A stretch of DNA of 64,000 nt from Elainellaceae cyanobacterium (GCA_051117555.1 JBNPEG010000006.1:1-64000); one strand, 5' to 3'. Shown: positions 20,003 through 31,170, counted from the stretch's first letter. Notes: generated by a model from the sequence alone, not told the origin. Translations and numbers: made by a program.

Positions 20003-20887
20003 CTAACGCGGATATCGCTGCATCAGCTCTTGAACTTGTTCGGCATGGTAAGAACTTCGGGTCAGCGGCGATGCGACGACTTGCAAAAAGCCGATCGATT
20101 CACCAAAGTCTTGCCATACAGCAAACTGCTCGGGAGTAATAAATCCCTGAACCGCGAGATGCTTTTGACTGGGTTGAAGATATTGCCCGATAGTTAAGAT
20201 ATCGCAGTCCACCGATCGCAAGTCTTGCATCACCTGGCGAATTTCTTCGTCTGTTTCACCCAAACCCACCATGATGCCTGATTTTGTGTAAACGCTGGGG
20301 GAGATTTGGCGACACACGCTTAAAAGTTCTAAGGTGCGGGCATAGTCGCCTTGAGGACGCACCCGTCGATAGAGTCGAGGCACGGTTTCGGTGTTGTGAT
20401 TTAAGACCTCGGGCTGGGCGTTTAGGATGGTTTCTAAGGCAGTCCAGTTGCTGCACAAATCGGGGATCAAGACTTCGATGGTCGTCTCAGGAGAGCGATC
20501 GCGGATGGCTCGAATACAATCGACAAACTGTGAGGCACCGCCATCCGGCAGGTCATCTCGATTCACCGAGGTCACCACGACATGCTTAAGACGCATCCGG
20601 CGAACTGCCTCTGCTAAGCGGTCAGGCTCAGTTGGATCGAGGGCTTTCGGCTTTTTCTCAAAATCAATATCACAGTAGGGACAGGCACGCGTACATGCTG
20701 GCCCCATGATTAAAAAGGTCGCAGTGCCGTTTTTAAAGCATTCTCCAATGTTGGGACAGGAGGCTTCTTCACAGACGGTATTTAGACTCAAATCGCGTAG
20801 GACTTCCTTGACAGTCCCAACTCGCTCCCATTGGGGAGCCTTAACTCGCAACCAGTCTGGCTTTGTGATTTTGGCTGTCACACGCAC
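20003..20887 (-). CDS. lipA: Lipoyl synthase
   Basis: [24 protein letters not shown]. Confidence 0.96.
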   Translation of the reverse strand: MRVTAKITKPDWLRVKAPQWERVGTVKEVLRDLSLNTVCEEASCPNIGECFKNGTATFLIMGPACTRACPYCDIDFEKKPKALDPTEPDRLAEAVRRMRLKHVVVTSVNRDDLPDGGASQFVDCIRAIRDRSPETTIEVLIPDLCSNWTALETILNAQPEVLNHNTETVPRLYRRVRPQGDYARTLELLSVCRQISPSVYTKSGIMVGLGETDEEIRQVMQDLRSVDCDILTIGQYLQPSQKHLAVQGFITPEQFAVWQDFGESIGFLQVVASPLTRSSYHAEQVQELMQRYPR

Positions 20888-20941
20888 GCCTCAAATGAAA
20901 CAAAGGTGAACTCAACAATTCTAGCAATCTGCAATCAATAT

Positions 20942-22609
20942 CTATTCCTGTGGGTCTAGTGTGCTGGCATGTTCAATTTTTACATCGTTGAAGAGCGGAC
21001 GATTGAAGCGTCCAACCTTGAACCCCTCTATGTCTGATTGAGAGGCATAAATCCATGACCAACCTGGCGTATAAACCGGGATCATAATGGCGTTTTTGAG
21101 CAGATAGGCCTGTACATTTCGAACCGCAATCAGCCGTTCGTCCGGGTTCAGGGTGGTGCGGGTCTGTTCTAAAAGACCGTCTAGTTCGTCAGAGTGATAG
21201 CCTTCATACGCCCCTGACGAGTGCCATAGAGCATAGAGAATATCTGGGTCATACCATGCCCAGCCCATTAAATTAAACATGCCCTTGCCCGTGTCTCGCT
21301 GATTTTCTAGCTTGACTCGGCTGTTCATAGTGCTGATGTCCATTATTTCAACGTCAGCACTGATCCCGACGTCACTCATCTGAGTTTTTAAGGCATTAAC
21401 AATTTTTTCACGATTGTCTCCTAGCCAGGTTATGAGCGTAACCTCTAGTGGATTATCTGCGCTGTAACCGAGTTCGGCTAGATAAGCTTTTGCTGTTTCT
21501 GGATTGTAGTCATAATCCACCCCGTCGCAAAATTCTGGGTCGTTGCCAAACATGCCACCCGCGGCAGGACATCTTTCTCGGGTTGCCCATTCGCCCCAGG
21601 CAGAGGCGATCGCAGCATCGGGATCAATCGCATGGGCGATCGCCTGGCGAGCACGGATGTCGTTGAAAGGTGGGCGCGATATAGTGAATTGCAAGAAGAT
21701 AGCTTGTCCGGTATTTTCTGCCAAAACGGTTTTGAGGTGAGCATCTTGAGCGATCGCCTCCATTTCATCCAGGGGAGGATCAGAAATCAGGTGCACCTGA
21801 TCATCTTGAAGTTTAGACAGGCGAGTATACGATTCGGAAATTTGGCGAATCACCAGCCGTTCTAGATAGGGTGCTCCAGGATTTGCAACCGGACGACCAT
21901 AATTCACATAGTCAGGATTTCGTTCTAAGACCATTTCATAGCCAGGAGTCCGGCTCAACAGTTGCCACGGGCCGGTGCCAATAGCGGCATGGGTGCCAAA
22001 TTCGTCCCCTAGGTCAGCATTGCTGTCGCAGATCATGCTGGCAAACGGATCGGCCATGAACGGCAGAAATGCGGCGAAGGGGTCTGTAAACCTAAATTTA
22101 ACCGTGAGCGGATCAACGATTTCGACGCCCGAAACAGGCCCCCAGCTTGCTTGGGTGAGACTCGGTTGATCGATATTGAGGGCACGATCTGCCGTAAATT
22201 TCACATCCTCAGCATTAAAGGGGGTGCCATCCTGACACAGGATGCCCTCATGCAGGGCAAATGTAATCACCTTCCCGTCTGCACTGACCGTCCATTCTTT
22301 CGCAAGATTCGAAACGAGATGCCCATTCTCATCAAAGGCGAGCAGGGTGTCATAAATCTGGTCAAGAACCTGCCATGAGAAAATAGTCGAACTGCGATGG
22401 GGATCAAGAGATTCTGCATCACCGCCCCGTGCCCACACAAACGTAGTTTGACGGCTAGGGGCTGACGCAGAAGGAGTCGGAGTCGGAGAGTCTGGAGTCG
22501 CCTGACTGCTGCAGGCTGTAACGATCGCACACGAAACCAGGAGAACTTGTCGGTAAATCTTAGAATAAATCGAGTGCATGGGGAGCGAGAGGCGTTGAGC
22601 GGTCTGCAT
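20942..22609 (-). CDS. ABC transporter substrate-binding lipoprotein, family 5
   Basis: Lipobox VTAC; SLDPH, QIYDTL, FNAEDVKFT, IGTGPW, RARQAIAHAID. Confidence 0.9.
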   Translation of the reverse strand: MQTAQRLSLPMHSIYSKIYRQVLLVSCAIVTACSSQATPDSPTPTPSASAPSRQTTFVWARGGDAESLDPHRSSTIFSWQVLDQIYDTLLAFDENGHLVSNLAKEWTVSADGKVITFALHEGILCQDGTPFNAEDVKFTADRALNIDQPSLTQASWGPVSGVEIVDPLTVKFRFTDPFAAFLPFMADPFASMICDSNADLGDEFGTHAAIGTGPWQLLSRTPGYEMVLERNPDYVNYGRPVANPGAPYLERLVIRQISESYTRLSKLQDDQVHLISDPPLDEMEAIAQDAHLKTVLAENTGQAIFLQFTISRPPFNDIRARQAIAHAIDPDAAIASAWGEWATRERCPAAGGMFGNDPEFCDGVDYDYNPETAKAYLAELGYSADNPLEVTLITWLGDNREKIVNALKTQMSDVGISADVEIMDISTMNSRVKLENQRDTGKGMFNLMGWAWYDPDILYALWHSSGAYEGYHSDELDGLLEQTRTTLNPDERLIAVRNVQAYLLKNAIMIPVYTPGWSWIYASQSDIEGFKVGRFNRPLFNDVKIEHASTLDPQE

Positions 22610-22813
22610 AGGTGTCCTGATGGCGATAGAAAATCACAGAATCTATCTGCAACGATTTTTCGATTGTCTCGGAGGTAATTCCGGATAGTTTCTATGGCGT
22701 AGGCCAGGGGTAGGGCAGTCATTTCGCCGTAGTCAGACAACGGTGTTCATGTCAATCTTGCGCCTATGCCAGCTTTGCAGGACGATAACGAAACTCATCA
22801 ATGCATAATGTGT

Positions 22814-24367
22814 ATGGCAAAAACTCGTGGTGCGATCGCAGCAGGTCATCCGCAAACAGTCGAAGCTGGGCTTGAGATGTTTCGGCTTGGGGGGAATGCG
22901 TTTGATGCCGCGATCGCCTCTGTTCTAGCATCGTTTATCACCGAACCTGCACTCACCTCACCCGCAGGTGGGGGTTTTTTGCTGGCGCATACGGCTCAAA
23001 ATCAGCAGATTCTGTTTGATTTCTTTGCTCAAACTCCACGACAAAAACAACCTCTAGATCAGATTGATTTTTATCCGATTCAGGTCGATTTTGGGACAGC
23101 CGTTCAGGAATTTCATGTCGGTTTGGGATCAATGGCAGTTCCAGGGGCGATCGCGGGTGTCTTTCACGTTCACCAAAGGCTAGGTCGCTTGCCCCTCCAT
23201 GTCGTCGCTGAGCCTGCGATTCACTACGCAAAATATGGCATCGGTCTGAGCGAGCTCCAAGCCTATTGTTTCGATATTCTCTCTCCCATCTTGCTGGCGG
23301 ACGATGCCATGAAAGCGGTGGTTGCGCCTCACGGAACGCTGCTGAAAGCAGGGGATCAGCTGCGTATGACTGATTTGGCAGACACTCTCACCTATTTAAT
23401 CAATCACGGAGCACGAGAATTTTATGAAGGTGATATTGCCCACCAACTTGTTCGAGACTGTCAGATTCGAGGGGGCTATCTAACGCTCGATGATTTGCGT
23501 CACTATCAAGTAATCGAGCGCACTCCGCTGACGACGCAGTATCGAGGCAAAACTCTGCTGACAAACCCACCTCCTAGCTCGGGAGGCGCACTCATCGCAT
23601 TTTCGTTGGCACTGCTGTCCATGATTGATGTGGGTCGGCTCGATTTTGGCTCGGCAGAGCACATAAGTATTCTCGCCCACGCCATGAGCCTAACGAATCA
23701 GGCCCGAACGGACGGCTATGATCAGCACTTATACGATCCCGATATTTTGCACACATTTTTATCAGCTGACCATCTCAGCTCCTATCGGCATTTGTTTTCT
23801 AGCGTCACCAACAAATGGGGAAGCACGACGCACATCAGCGTGCTCGATGAAGACGGAAATGCAGCTAGTGTCACGGCCTCCAATGGAGAGGGCGCATCGT
23901 ATGTAATTCCTGGAACAGGCATTATGATGAACAACATGCTGGGAGAGGCTGACTTACACCCAACCGGATTTCACCACTGGCGTGAAAATGTTCGAATTTC
24001 GTCGATGATGGCTCCTACGATCGTGTTGGGCCATGATTATCCTGAGATTGTAACGGGTTCTGGCGGTTCTAACCGCATTCGCACGGCAATTTTACAGATT
24101 ATCTCGAACCTAATCGATTTCAAGATGCCTGTGAATGATGCCGTCAATCGGGGGCGGATTCACTGGGAAAATGGCGTTCTCAACCTTGAACCCGGCTTTG
24201 ACGTAGATGTGGACGCAGCCATGCTGCCCGCTGATAGCGTGATTCTTCCATGGAGTCAGCACAATTTATTCTTCGGAGGCGTGCATACGGTCACGCAGCT
24301 TGCCCCTAGTCAGTTTGAGGGAGCAGGCGATCGCCGCCGTAGTGGAGCGTTCGCTCAATGTGATTAG
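22814..24367 (+). CDS. ggt: Gamma-glutamyltransferase family protein
   Basis: GGNAFDAAIA, VPG, nucleophile STTHISV, SSM, GSGGSNRI. Confidence 0.9.
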   Translation: MAKTRGAIAAGHPQTVEAGLEMFRLGGNAFDAAIASVLASFITEPALTSPAGGGFLLAHTAQNQQILFDFFAQTPRQKQPLDQIDFYPIQVDFGTAVQEFHVGLGSMAVPGAIAGVFHVHQRLGRLPLHVVAEPAIHYAKYGIGLSELQAYCFDILSPILLADDAMKAVVAPHGTLLKAGDQLRMTDLADTLTYLINHGAREFYEGDIAHQLVRDCQIRGGYLTLDDLRHYQVIERTPLTTQYRGKTLLTNPPPSSGGALIAFSLALLSMIDVGRLDFGSAEHISILAHAMSLTNQARTDGYDQHLYDPDILHTFLSADHLSSYRHLFSSVTNKWGSTTHISVLDEDGNAASVTASNGEGASYVIPGTGIMMNNMLGEADLHPTGFHHWRENVRISSMMAPTIVLGHDYPEIVTGSGGSNRIRTAILQIISNLIDFKMPVNDAVNRGRIHWENGVLNLEPGFDVDVDAAMLPADSVILPWSQHNLFFGGVHTVTQLAPSQFEGAGDRRRSGAFAQCD

Positions 24368-24436
24368 AATCCTATGCCAACGATGCGCCAAAGAAGCCAA
24401 ATCCCTACATTGCTCTCATTTGGCACCATAAGCAGA

Positions 24437-25303
24437 TTACGGTAATGTTTGCTGAGGAATGCGACCCACTTCATCGGCAGGAGAGGATTGATCCCGAAAT
24501 TGGCGAAATCCTTCGCTGGCAGGAGAGGATTGATCCCGAAATTGGCGAAATCCTTCGCTAAAGAAAATTAGCCAGATTAGCACACCCGCGATCGCCAACG
24601 CTGCAAATGCAGACAATCCGGTAAGCAACTGACCTATATCAATAGGATTAGAAACCATGGAGCGACTAGTCGGGCGACGACGAGGCACGGGAGGCGATCG
24701 CTTGGGGGGCGGGGGCGGCTTTACCCGTGTGGTTGTCGTCGGTGATTTGACGTTGGGCTTAGGGCTCGTAGTCACGGGGGCGGGGTGAAACGTTCCTGCT
24801 GCTTTCATTTGCTGGAGTTTTTGGCTGATGGCGACAGGGCGTTGCCCGGTACGACTCCAGTTCAATAAGGTTGATCCAGGAATTGCCGTCAGATTTGGGG
24901 TCTGAATATCGTAAATACGCTGGAGAATGGAGCGATCGCTTGCGACAAGCACAACTAAACTGGCAGGATGCTGCTGTGCCAACCCATAGGCACAGCGGGC
25001 AACGGCTAGCCCAACGCGGGTGCGTCGAGTTAGGCCATACCCCGTTGTAGACTTCAGCAACGGATGATGCCCAACCACCTCAGTAATTTTCCAACCACTC
25101 GTTGCGTAGAATCGGTTGAATTCTCTCGCAGTGCGCTCCAAGTCGGGATCAGGCGATCGGTCATAGAGAAAGCGCATCTCTTCATAGATGACCTGAGGCA
25201 GATAACACACCCCTGCTCGCGAGAATCCCAGCCAGTCCCGCGTGGTCGTGGTGGATAGGGTACTGATATCCAAAACCAACAAAATAGGCGGAACGACTGC
25301 CAT
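24437..25303 (-). CDS. PIN-like domain protein with Pro-rich linker and C-terminal TM helix
   Basis: N-terminal LVLD, LPQVIYEEM and VASD; cyanobacterial family. Confidence 0.7.
   Translation of the reverse strand: MAVVPPILLVLDISTLSTTTTRDWLGFSRAGVCYLPQVIYEEMRFLYDRSPDPDLERTAREFNRFYATSGWKITEVVGHHPLLKSTTGYGLTRRTRVGLAVARCAYGLAQQHPASLVVLVASDRSILQRIYDIQTPNLTAIPGSTLLNWSRTGQRPVAISQKLQQMKAAGTFHPAPVTTSPKPNVKSPTTTTRVKPPPPPKRSPPVPRRRPTSRSMVSNPIDIGQLLTGLSAFAALAIAGVLIWLIFFSEGFRQFRDQSSPASEGFRQFRDQSSPADEVGRIPQQTLP
24476..24559. repeat. Perfect 42-bp in-frame tandem duplication (SEGFRQFRDQSSPA x2)
   Basis: GGCAGGAGAGGATTGATCCCGAAATTGGCGAAATCCTTCGCT x2. Confidence 0.95.
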
Positions 25304-25307
25304 ATAT

Positions 25308-26858
25308 TTAACCTCCGATGCCAAGTCGACCTGCTAAGCCAGGGGTTAACGGAAGCAAAGTAGCTGCCATTAGAAACAATGCCAACAATCCTAATGCGGC
25401 TCTCGCATCATCAGGTTCAGATAGCTCATTTAGACTCGGGCGTTCTAAATCTCGCTGGATGAACAAAATGACGATTGCCCAATAAAGAGCAAGCGGATTC
25501 GCTAAGGTAGCTATTCCTAAGACAATGAGAGTCGCAATGGTTGCGCGTCTAGCAACTTTGCGCCCATAAATAGATTGCACAATTCGCCCTCCATCAAGTT
25601 GACCAGCCGGCATGAGATTAATCGCAGTAATCACCAAGCCAAGCCAACCAATCATCGTAAAAGGGTGAATATCAACCAAGGGTTGCTGCATTGCAGACCC
25701 CAAAATGACTCGTGCCAAAGTTCCGACGAGAATTGACCCCTGGAAAAATTCAGTTGGAACCTGGAACAAACTACCCTGATGGGATAATACTAGACCTATG
25801 ACCAGCAATCCAAGAGATAATACACCGCCCGCTGCTGGTCCTGCAAAGGCAACGTCAAACAAAATGTTGCGATTCGGCAGAAGTGATTCAAACCGAGTCA
25901 ACGCACCAAACGATCCGATCTGCAAGGTGGGAATAAAGAAGGGTGGACTTAGGGAAATATTGTGCCGTTTGGCTAATACTCGATGTCCAATTTCATGAAC
26001 GGCTAATACCAACACGATCAGGCTTGTCAGGGGCAGGATTTCTGCCCAGTGAGTGGTATCTCGAAAGACATCAAACCCTAATAGCAGCCCTGCGGTTTCT
26101 GCACATGTGGCAATTGTAGCGATCGCCAGTAATGCAGCCACAATGCCTTGTACGGTCGTCGTGGGTTTGGGGTCATTCGTGCTCGGCAAGGCAATCATGG
26201 TTGGCCGCCCCTCAGAACCCTCGACCAAAAACAACCGATAGCGATCGCCCATCCGCTCTGCCAAACTTTTAGAAAGACGGTCATGAACCGGATCGGGGTC
26301 GCCCCGTAAATTCCCCTTGAAGATTGCCCCGTCTTGATAGGGAATCGTATCGGTTACAAAAAACGTATCAATGCCAAATATCCCTTGAATAGACTTCAAA
26401 TCATCCTCGGGAATTGTCGGCTGAGCACCATTGGATTTCTCGGACGTTGTGACTTTTTCAGTAATCAGCTTCGCTTTCGGTGCATCGATATCGTCAGCCG
26501 AGGGCTGGGACTCCGGTGTAGAGGTTGCCCCATTCGGTGACGATGCATCGCCAGCTCCCTCTTGAATCGGATCGTTCGTGCTTAAGAATCGATTCGAACG
26601 ATTTGAGCGATGCCCTTCCGCCCTGAGCCGATTGCCTAGGAAAATATAAACTCCCGTCGATATTACTAGAAGCACTAGAATACCAACCAAATTGAGATAA
26701 ATTCCTGCAGCAAACAAGCCAAAGAAAATGAGCCAGGGTGCCATTAGCGCCACCGACTGAAGCCAAGATAATATGCCTACCTTGCCATACGGTTTAGCTC
26801 GATAGAAGCCCCAACCCAAAATTCCAATCGCGACCAGAAGAACTAAAGCAGTAATCAT
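25308..26858 (-). CDS. Site-2 protease (peptidase M50)
   Basis: HEIGH, AGP and NLMPAGQLDGG. Confidence 0.93.
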   Translation of the reverse strand: MITALVLLVAIGILGWGFYRAKPYGKVGILSWLQSVALMAPWLIFFGLFAAGIYLNLVGILVLLVISTGVYIFLGNRLRAEGHRSNRSNRFLSTNDPIQEGAGDASSPNGATSTPESQPSADDIDAPKAKLITEKVTTSEKSNGAQPTIPEDDLKSIQGIFGIDTFFVTDTIPYQDGAIFKGNLRGDPDPVHDRLSKSLAERMGDRYRLFLVEGSEGRPTMIALPSTNDPKPTTTVQGIVAALLAIATIATCAETAGLLLGFDVFRDTTHWAEILPLTSLIVLVLAVHEIGHRVLAKRHNISLSPPFFIPTLQIGSFGALTRFESLLPNRNILFDVAFAGPAAGGVLSLGLLVIGLVLSHQGSLFQVPTEFFQGSILVGTLARVILGSAMQQPLVDIHPFTMIGWLGLVITAINLMPAGQLDGGRIVQSIYGRKVARRATIATLIVLGIATLANPLALYWAIVILFIQRDLERPSLNELSEPDDARAALGLLALFLMAATLLPLTPGLAGRLGIGG

Positions 26859-27180
26859 TGTTTAATCGAAGCGTATTGCCCGAGAGCTAACCCTTGTCCG
26901 CGTCTAATGACTGTAGTTTTCCTCAAAGAAATGTAAGCTTCAAGCCAACTATAATCTAGACCGATCTTGGCAGTGAACTCCGCTGAATTCTATCGTTAAA
27001 CTCTACACGGTTAAATTACCCTGTGTTTACGCTATCAATCTGCTGTCGACAATTCAACGGATATTGATGAGTTCATTAGTTTACTCTAACTGAGAGTGAT
27101 GATCTTAACTGCATTCATGATTTTTTAGGGATGATTTTTTGGGACTGATATAGATATTGATATATAGCAATCACAGGATA

Positions 27181-27412
27181 TGTAGCAATCACAGATGCGT
27201 TGTGAGCGGTGGGGCGGTCGGCGTATGCGTCTAGCGCATGTGTGAGATCCCCCGCTGACGCTGCCCGAAAAAGGGGGCATTTACAGGTCGTTGAAGTCCC
27301 CCTTTTCAAGGGGGATTTAGGGGGATCTCTAGGGCGTTACGCTAAATACATACCGGTCGGCGACCGCCCCACCGCTCACACACAATTTACAAGCAATTTA
27401 AGGATCGCTATA
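27181..27412. mobile_element. Family B element interrupted by a nested insertion
   Basis: Both arms match 15896-15986 in reverse; 93 bp remain once the insert and one target copy are removed. Confidence 0.8.
27223..27353. mobile_element. 131-bp nested MITE-like insertion with 8-bp target duplication
   Basis: CGGTCGGC at 27215-27222 and 27354-27361; imperfect TIR GTATGCGTCTAGCGCA vs rc GTATGTATTTAGCGTA; inner IR GAGATCCCCC/GGGGGATCTC. Confidence 0.78.
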
Positions 27413-27550
27413 TAGAGATTGTGCGATCGCATCAGATGGATCGTTCTGGTGTATAAAGAGAATCTATATGTTAAGCCGTCCAAAGTCATCAAGCGCTGAC
27501 CTGTTTAACATCATCAAAGGACTTACATTAGAATCATCGAGGACTAGAGA

Positions 27551-28201
27551 ATGAAGCTGATTTTGATTGGACCCCCCGGCAGTGGGAAAGGAACTCAAGC
27601 GATGCGCCTCGAGCGGCAACGGGGAATCAAACAGCTTTCAACCGGTGACATGCTCCGAGCCGCTGTTGCGTCAGGCTCTGACTTAGGCCATCAGGTTAAA
27701 GAAATCATGGATGCAGGGAAACTGGTGCCTGATGGCATCATGGTTGCCATGATTGCAGAGCGAATTGAGCAGCCCGATTGTGATGATGGCTTCTTGTTAG
27801 ATGGCTTTCCTCGCACGATCGCCCAAGCAGAAGCTCTCGATCAAATGCTTGCTGGCAAAGGCACTGAGCTTGATCAAGTGATCGAGATTCGAGTCAACCA
27901 GGACGCCCTGATTGAACGAGTCTCTGGACGATTTACCTGTGCCCACTGTGGAGAGGGATACCACGACACATTTAAACGTCCGCACGTTGAAGGCGTTTGT
28001 GATATTTGTGGTTCTACCAAATTTAAATGTCGAGCTGATGATAATCCAGAATCGATGAAGAATCGATTGGATGCATTTCATGCCCAAACAGAACCGCTAT
28101 TGCCTTACTATGGCCGACAAGGGAAATTAGCCACGGTAGACGGTATGGAAAGTATTGATGAGGTAGCGAAAAAGATTGATAAGGTGCTCAATACAGTTTA
28201 A
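27551..28201 (+). CDS. adk: Adenylate kinase, long zinc-binding LID
   Basis: [22 protein letters not shown], Cx2Cx16Cx2C LID, RADD. Confidence 0.95.
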   Translation: MKLILIGPPGSGKGTQAMRLERQRGIKQLSTGDMLRAAVASGSDLGHQVKEIMDAGKLVPDGIMVAMIAERIEQPDCDDGFLLDGFPRTIAQAEALDQMLAGKGTELDQVIEIRVNQDALIERVSGRFTCAHCGEGYHDTFKRPHVEGVCDICGSTKFKCRADDNPESMKNRLDAFHAQTEPLLPYYGRQGKLATVDGMESIDEVAKKIDKVLNTV

Positions 28202-28303
28202 GACCTGATGAGCACTCGGTCGGGAATAGAGGGAGTTTGTTAGACTAAGAAAACGCGAAAGTTTCCGGTTTATCTCATCTATTTTGCTGACTGAGGACGT
28301 AAC

Positions 28304-29776
28304 ATGTCGCCAAGTACGCTATTGCTCTCTAGAGAACTGCCCACGCTTCAGTATTCATCTACGCGCGATCGCTTCGACGAAAGTTGGGAAGCTCCGCTCT
28401 CTACTCTCCTAGGTCTTGGGCGCGCAGCGGGCGCTGACTTCATAGAATTCTTTCTAGAGCGCGTCAGCTACGTCAGCTGTCTCGCTGAAGATGATGCGAT
28501 TACGAGCATCTCTCCCCGACTATCTACAGGTGCCGGGGTAAGGGTCTTTCGCGGCAACGGAGATTGCTATGTCAGCACCAACGATCTATCCTTTGCAGGA
28601 TTGAAAACTGCTTTAGAAAAAGGGCTTTCAATTTTGGGATTACACATGCCCGCGCCCTACGCTCATGTCCCTGAAATCAATCTTGAATTGCTGCGAGACT
28701 ATGCATCCGCTCGTGGAAAGGAGAACTGGCTAGCGAATAGCAGCTCGATGCAAGATATGGGAGATGTGCTGTTGAGCGCAACCCACCAGCTCCAACGAAA
28801 AGCGAATCATGTTCAGTCTCGCCGAGCTGTCTATTTTCGCGATTGGCAAGAGATATTAGTTGCGGCAAGCGATGGCACGTTTGCTCGTGACATCCGCTTA
28901 ACCCAATCCGTCGGTTGCAATTTACTGTGCGCCGAAAATGACCATCGTTCGTCAATAAGCAAGCGAGTCGGAAGTACAGGTGATCCCAATTTCTTGCAGA
29001 ATTGGAATTATGAATCTGTGGCTGACGAGGTTGCTGATTCTGCCGGCAAAATGCTCCATGCCGATTATGTTGAATCAGGCACCTATCCAATTATCATGGC
29101 GAATGAATTTGGCGGAGTCATCTTTCACGAAGCCTGCGGTCATTTACTCGAAACGACTCAAATTGAACGAAAGACGACTCCCTTCGCCAAACGAAAAGGT
29201 GAAAAAATTGCCCACGAGAGCCTAACGGCTTGGGATGAAGGGCTCTCTCCACATGCCTTTGGCACGATCGACATGGACGATGAAGGCATGCCCGCCCAGC
29301 GCACTCTGCTCATCGAAAATGGAGTGTTAAAGAATTTCTTATCGGATCGAGCCGGATCGGTGCGCACGGGGCATCCTCGTACGGGCAGCGGACGTCGTCA
29401 AGGCTATACGTACGCAGCAGCAAGTCGGATGCGAAATACCTACATTGCACCAGGCGACCATTCGATCGATGACCTATTTGCGTCCGTTGACAAAGGAATT
29501 TATTGCAAGAAGATGGGCGGTGGCAGCGTCGGCCCCACAGGCGAATTTAACTTTGGTGTCGAGGAAGCTTACCTGATTGAGAATGGCAAGCTAACGAAGC
29601 CGTTGAAGGGTGCAATCTTAATCGGGGAGGCCAAAGAAATCATGAACAAGATTTCGATGTGCTCTCAAGATTTGGGACTGGCTGCGGGGTTCTGTGGCTC
29701 TGTCAGCGGCAGCATTTACGTTACCGTTGGGCAGCCTCACTTAAAGGTAGATTCAATCACTGTGGGAGGGCGATAG
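28304..29776 (+). CDS. tldD: TldD metalloprotease
   Basis: [18 protein letters not shown]. Confidence 0.9.
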   Translation: MSPSTLLLSRELPTLQYSSTRDRFDESWEAPLSTLLGLGRAAGADFIEFFLERVSYVSCLAEDDAITSISPRLSTGAGVRVFRGNGDCYVSTNDLSFAGLKTALEKGLSILGLHMPAPYAHVPEINLELLRDYASARGKENWLANSSSMQDMGDVLLSATHQLQRKANHVQSRRAVYFRDWQEILVAASDGTFARDIRLTQSVGCNLLCAENDHRSSISKRVGSTGDPNFLQNWNYESVADEVADSAGKMLHADYVESGTYPIIMANEFGGVIFHEACGHLLETTQIERKTTPFAKRKGEKIAHESLTAWDEGLSPHAFGTIDMDDEGMPAQRTLLIENGVLKNFLSDRAGSVRTGHPRTGSGRRQGYTYAAASRMRNTYIAPGDHSIDDLFASVDKGIYCKKMGGGSVGPTGEFNFGVEEAYLIENGKLTKPLKGAILIGEAKEIMNKISMCSQDLGLAAGFCGSVSGSIYVTVGQPHLKVDSITVGGR

Positions 29777-29782
29777 AAAACA

Positions 29783-31126
29783 ATGCCAACAACTGTTCAA
29801 GATATCTCATCGTATGCTGAAACCAATGCGCGTCAACTCGGCATTACGAAATATGACATCTATGGTTCATCCGTCGATGAAACCAATGTGCAAGTTGACC
29901 ATGGTGAACCTAAACAAGTCAAAGCATCTCAGCGCTCCAGCGTCATTGTTCGTGTCTGGAATTCAGACAATACAATTGGGGTGACATCCACAACCGATGT
30001 CGATTCTCAAGGAATCGAACTAGCTTTGAAGACTGCGTACGATGCAAGCACGTTTGGGCCCAAAGAACATGTCCCTGACTTCAGCCCCGAAGCAACGTTA
30101 CCCAGTGCAGACCTTGGCGACCAAACGGCTCCTCAAGTTCTTGTTTCTCGATTGATTGAGACGTTGATTGCAGCAGAAAAGGCGCTTTTAGAGGCTCATC
30201 CTGCGATCGCGGGCGTGCCGTATAATGGTGTCTCTCAACGCGATATTAACAAGTTTTATCTCAATAGCGATGGGGCTTTACGTCAGGAGGCATGCTCATA
30301 CGCCTCAATTTATCTCTATAGCAAAACTGAGCAAGACGGCAAAAAACCCCGCAGCGCAGGTGCCTACAAAGTGGCGCGTCATCTAGAAAAGCTCGACATC
30401 GAAGGCTGCTTGCAAGAAGCTGCTGAAAAAACGATCAGCCATCTAAATTATCAAAAAATCAAGACTGGAAAGTATCGGGTTGTTTTTTCGCCTGAAGCAT
30501 TTTTGAGTCTATTAGGAGCTTTCTCAAACCTATACAATGCCCAGAGCATCTTAGATAAACAAAGTTTATCGACTCCCGACTCATTGGGACAACAAATCGC
30601 ATCGCCCCTGCTATCGGTCAACGATGACGCGCTACACCCTGAAAATGTTGCCAAGGAAGCCTTTGACGGTGAAGGAACGCCAACTCGTCGAGTTCCTTTA
30701 ATTACAGATGGTGTGCTCACGAGTCTGATCCATAGTGCAGGAACCGCAAAACGGCTTCATGCAAAGCCAACCGGAAATGCCAATATTGGGGCAAAAGTCA
30801 CAGTCAGTTCCAATTTCTATCACGTTTTTGCAGGACAGCCTGCAAATCAACGCTACAGCTTAGACACGGCTGACAATGTAATTTTGATTGATGATTTGAG
30901 TGCTCTTCATGCTGGGGTTAGTGCTCTGCAAGGTTCTTTCTCCCTACCCTTTGATGGTTGGTTGATTAACAAAGGTGAACGTATCAGCATCGATTCTGCT
31001 ACGATTGCCGGAGATTTTCGTGACCTGCTGAAATCCATCATTTTCGTTGAGTCTGACCCTGAAATTATGCCGGGGGGGATCTGTCCTAGAATTTGGGTGG
31101 ATAATCTGTCTGTGACTGGAGAATAA
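29783..31126 (+). CDS. pmbA: PmbA/TldE partner subunit
   Basis: Adjacent to tldD; FDGEG and TGNA; lacks HExxxH. Confidence 0.87.
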   Translation: MPTTVQDISSYAETNARQLGITKYDIYGSSVDETNVQVDHGEPKQVKASQRSSVIVRVWNSDNTIGVTSTTDVDSQGIELALKTAYDASTFGPKEHVPDFSPEATLPSADLGDQTAPQVLVSRLIETLIAAEKALLEAHPAIAGVPYNGVSQRDINKFYLNSDGALRQEACSYASIYLYSKTEQDGKKPRSAGAYKVARHLEKLDIEGCLQEAAEKTISHLNYQKIKTGKYRVVFSPEAFLSLLGAFSNLYNAQSILDKQSLSTPDSLGQQIASPLLSVNDDALHPENVAKEAFDGEGTPTRRVPLITDGVLTSLIHSAGTAKRLHAKPTGNANIGAKVTVSSNFYHVFAGQPANQRYSLDTADNVILIDDLSALHAGVSALQGSFSLPFDGWLINKGERISIDSATIAGDFRDLLKSIIFVESDPEIMPGGICPRIWVDNLSVTGE

Positions 31127-31170
31127 GTCGCATTCGGTATTGTCTGTGTCCCTAACCTAGCTCCTGAGGC

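Noticed and set aside
24437..25303. PIN-like gene as a VapC toxin
   Set aside because: No antitoxin ORF; it has a membrane anchor and follows the M50 protease directly.
27209..27415. 68-aa ORF upstream of adk, and 61-aa ORF at 53029-53214
   Set aside because: Both lie almost entirely within nested repeat elements.
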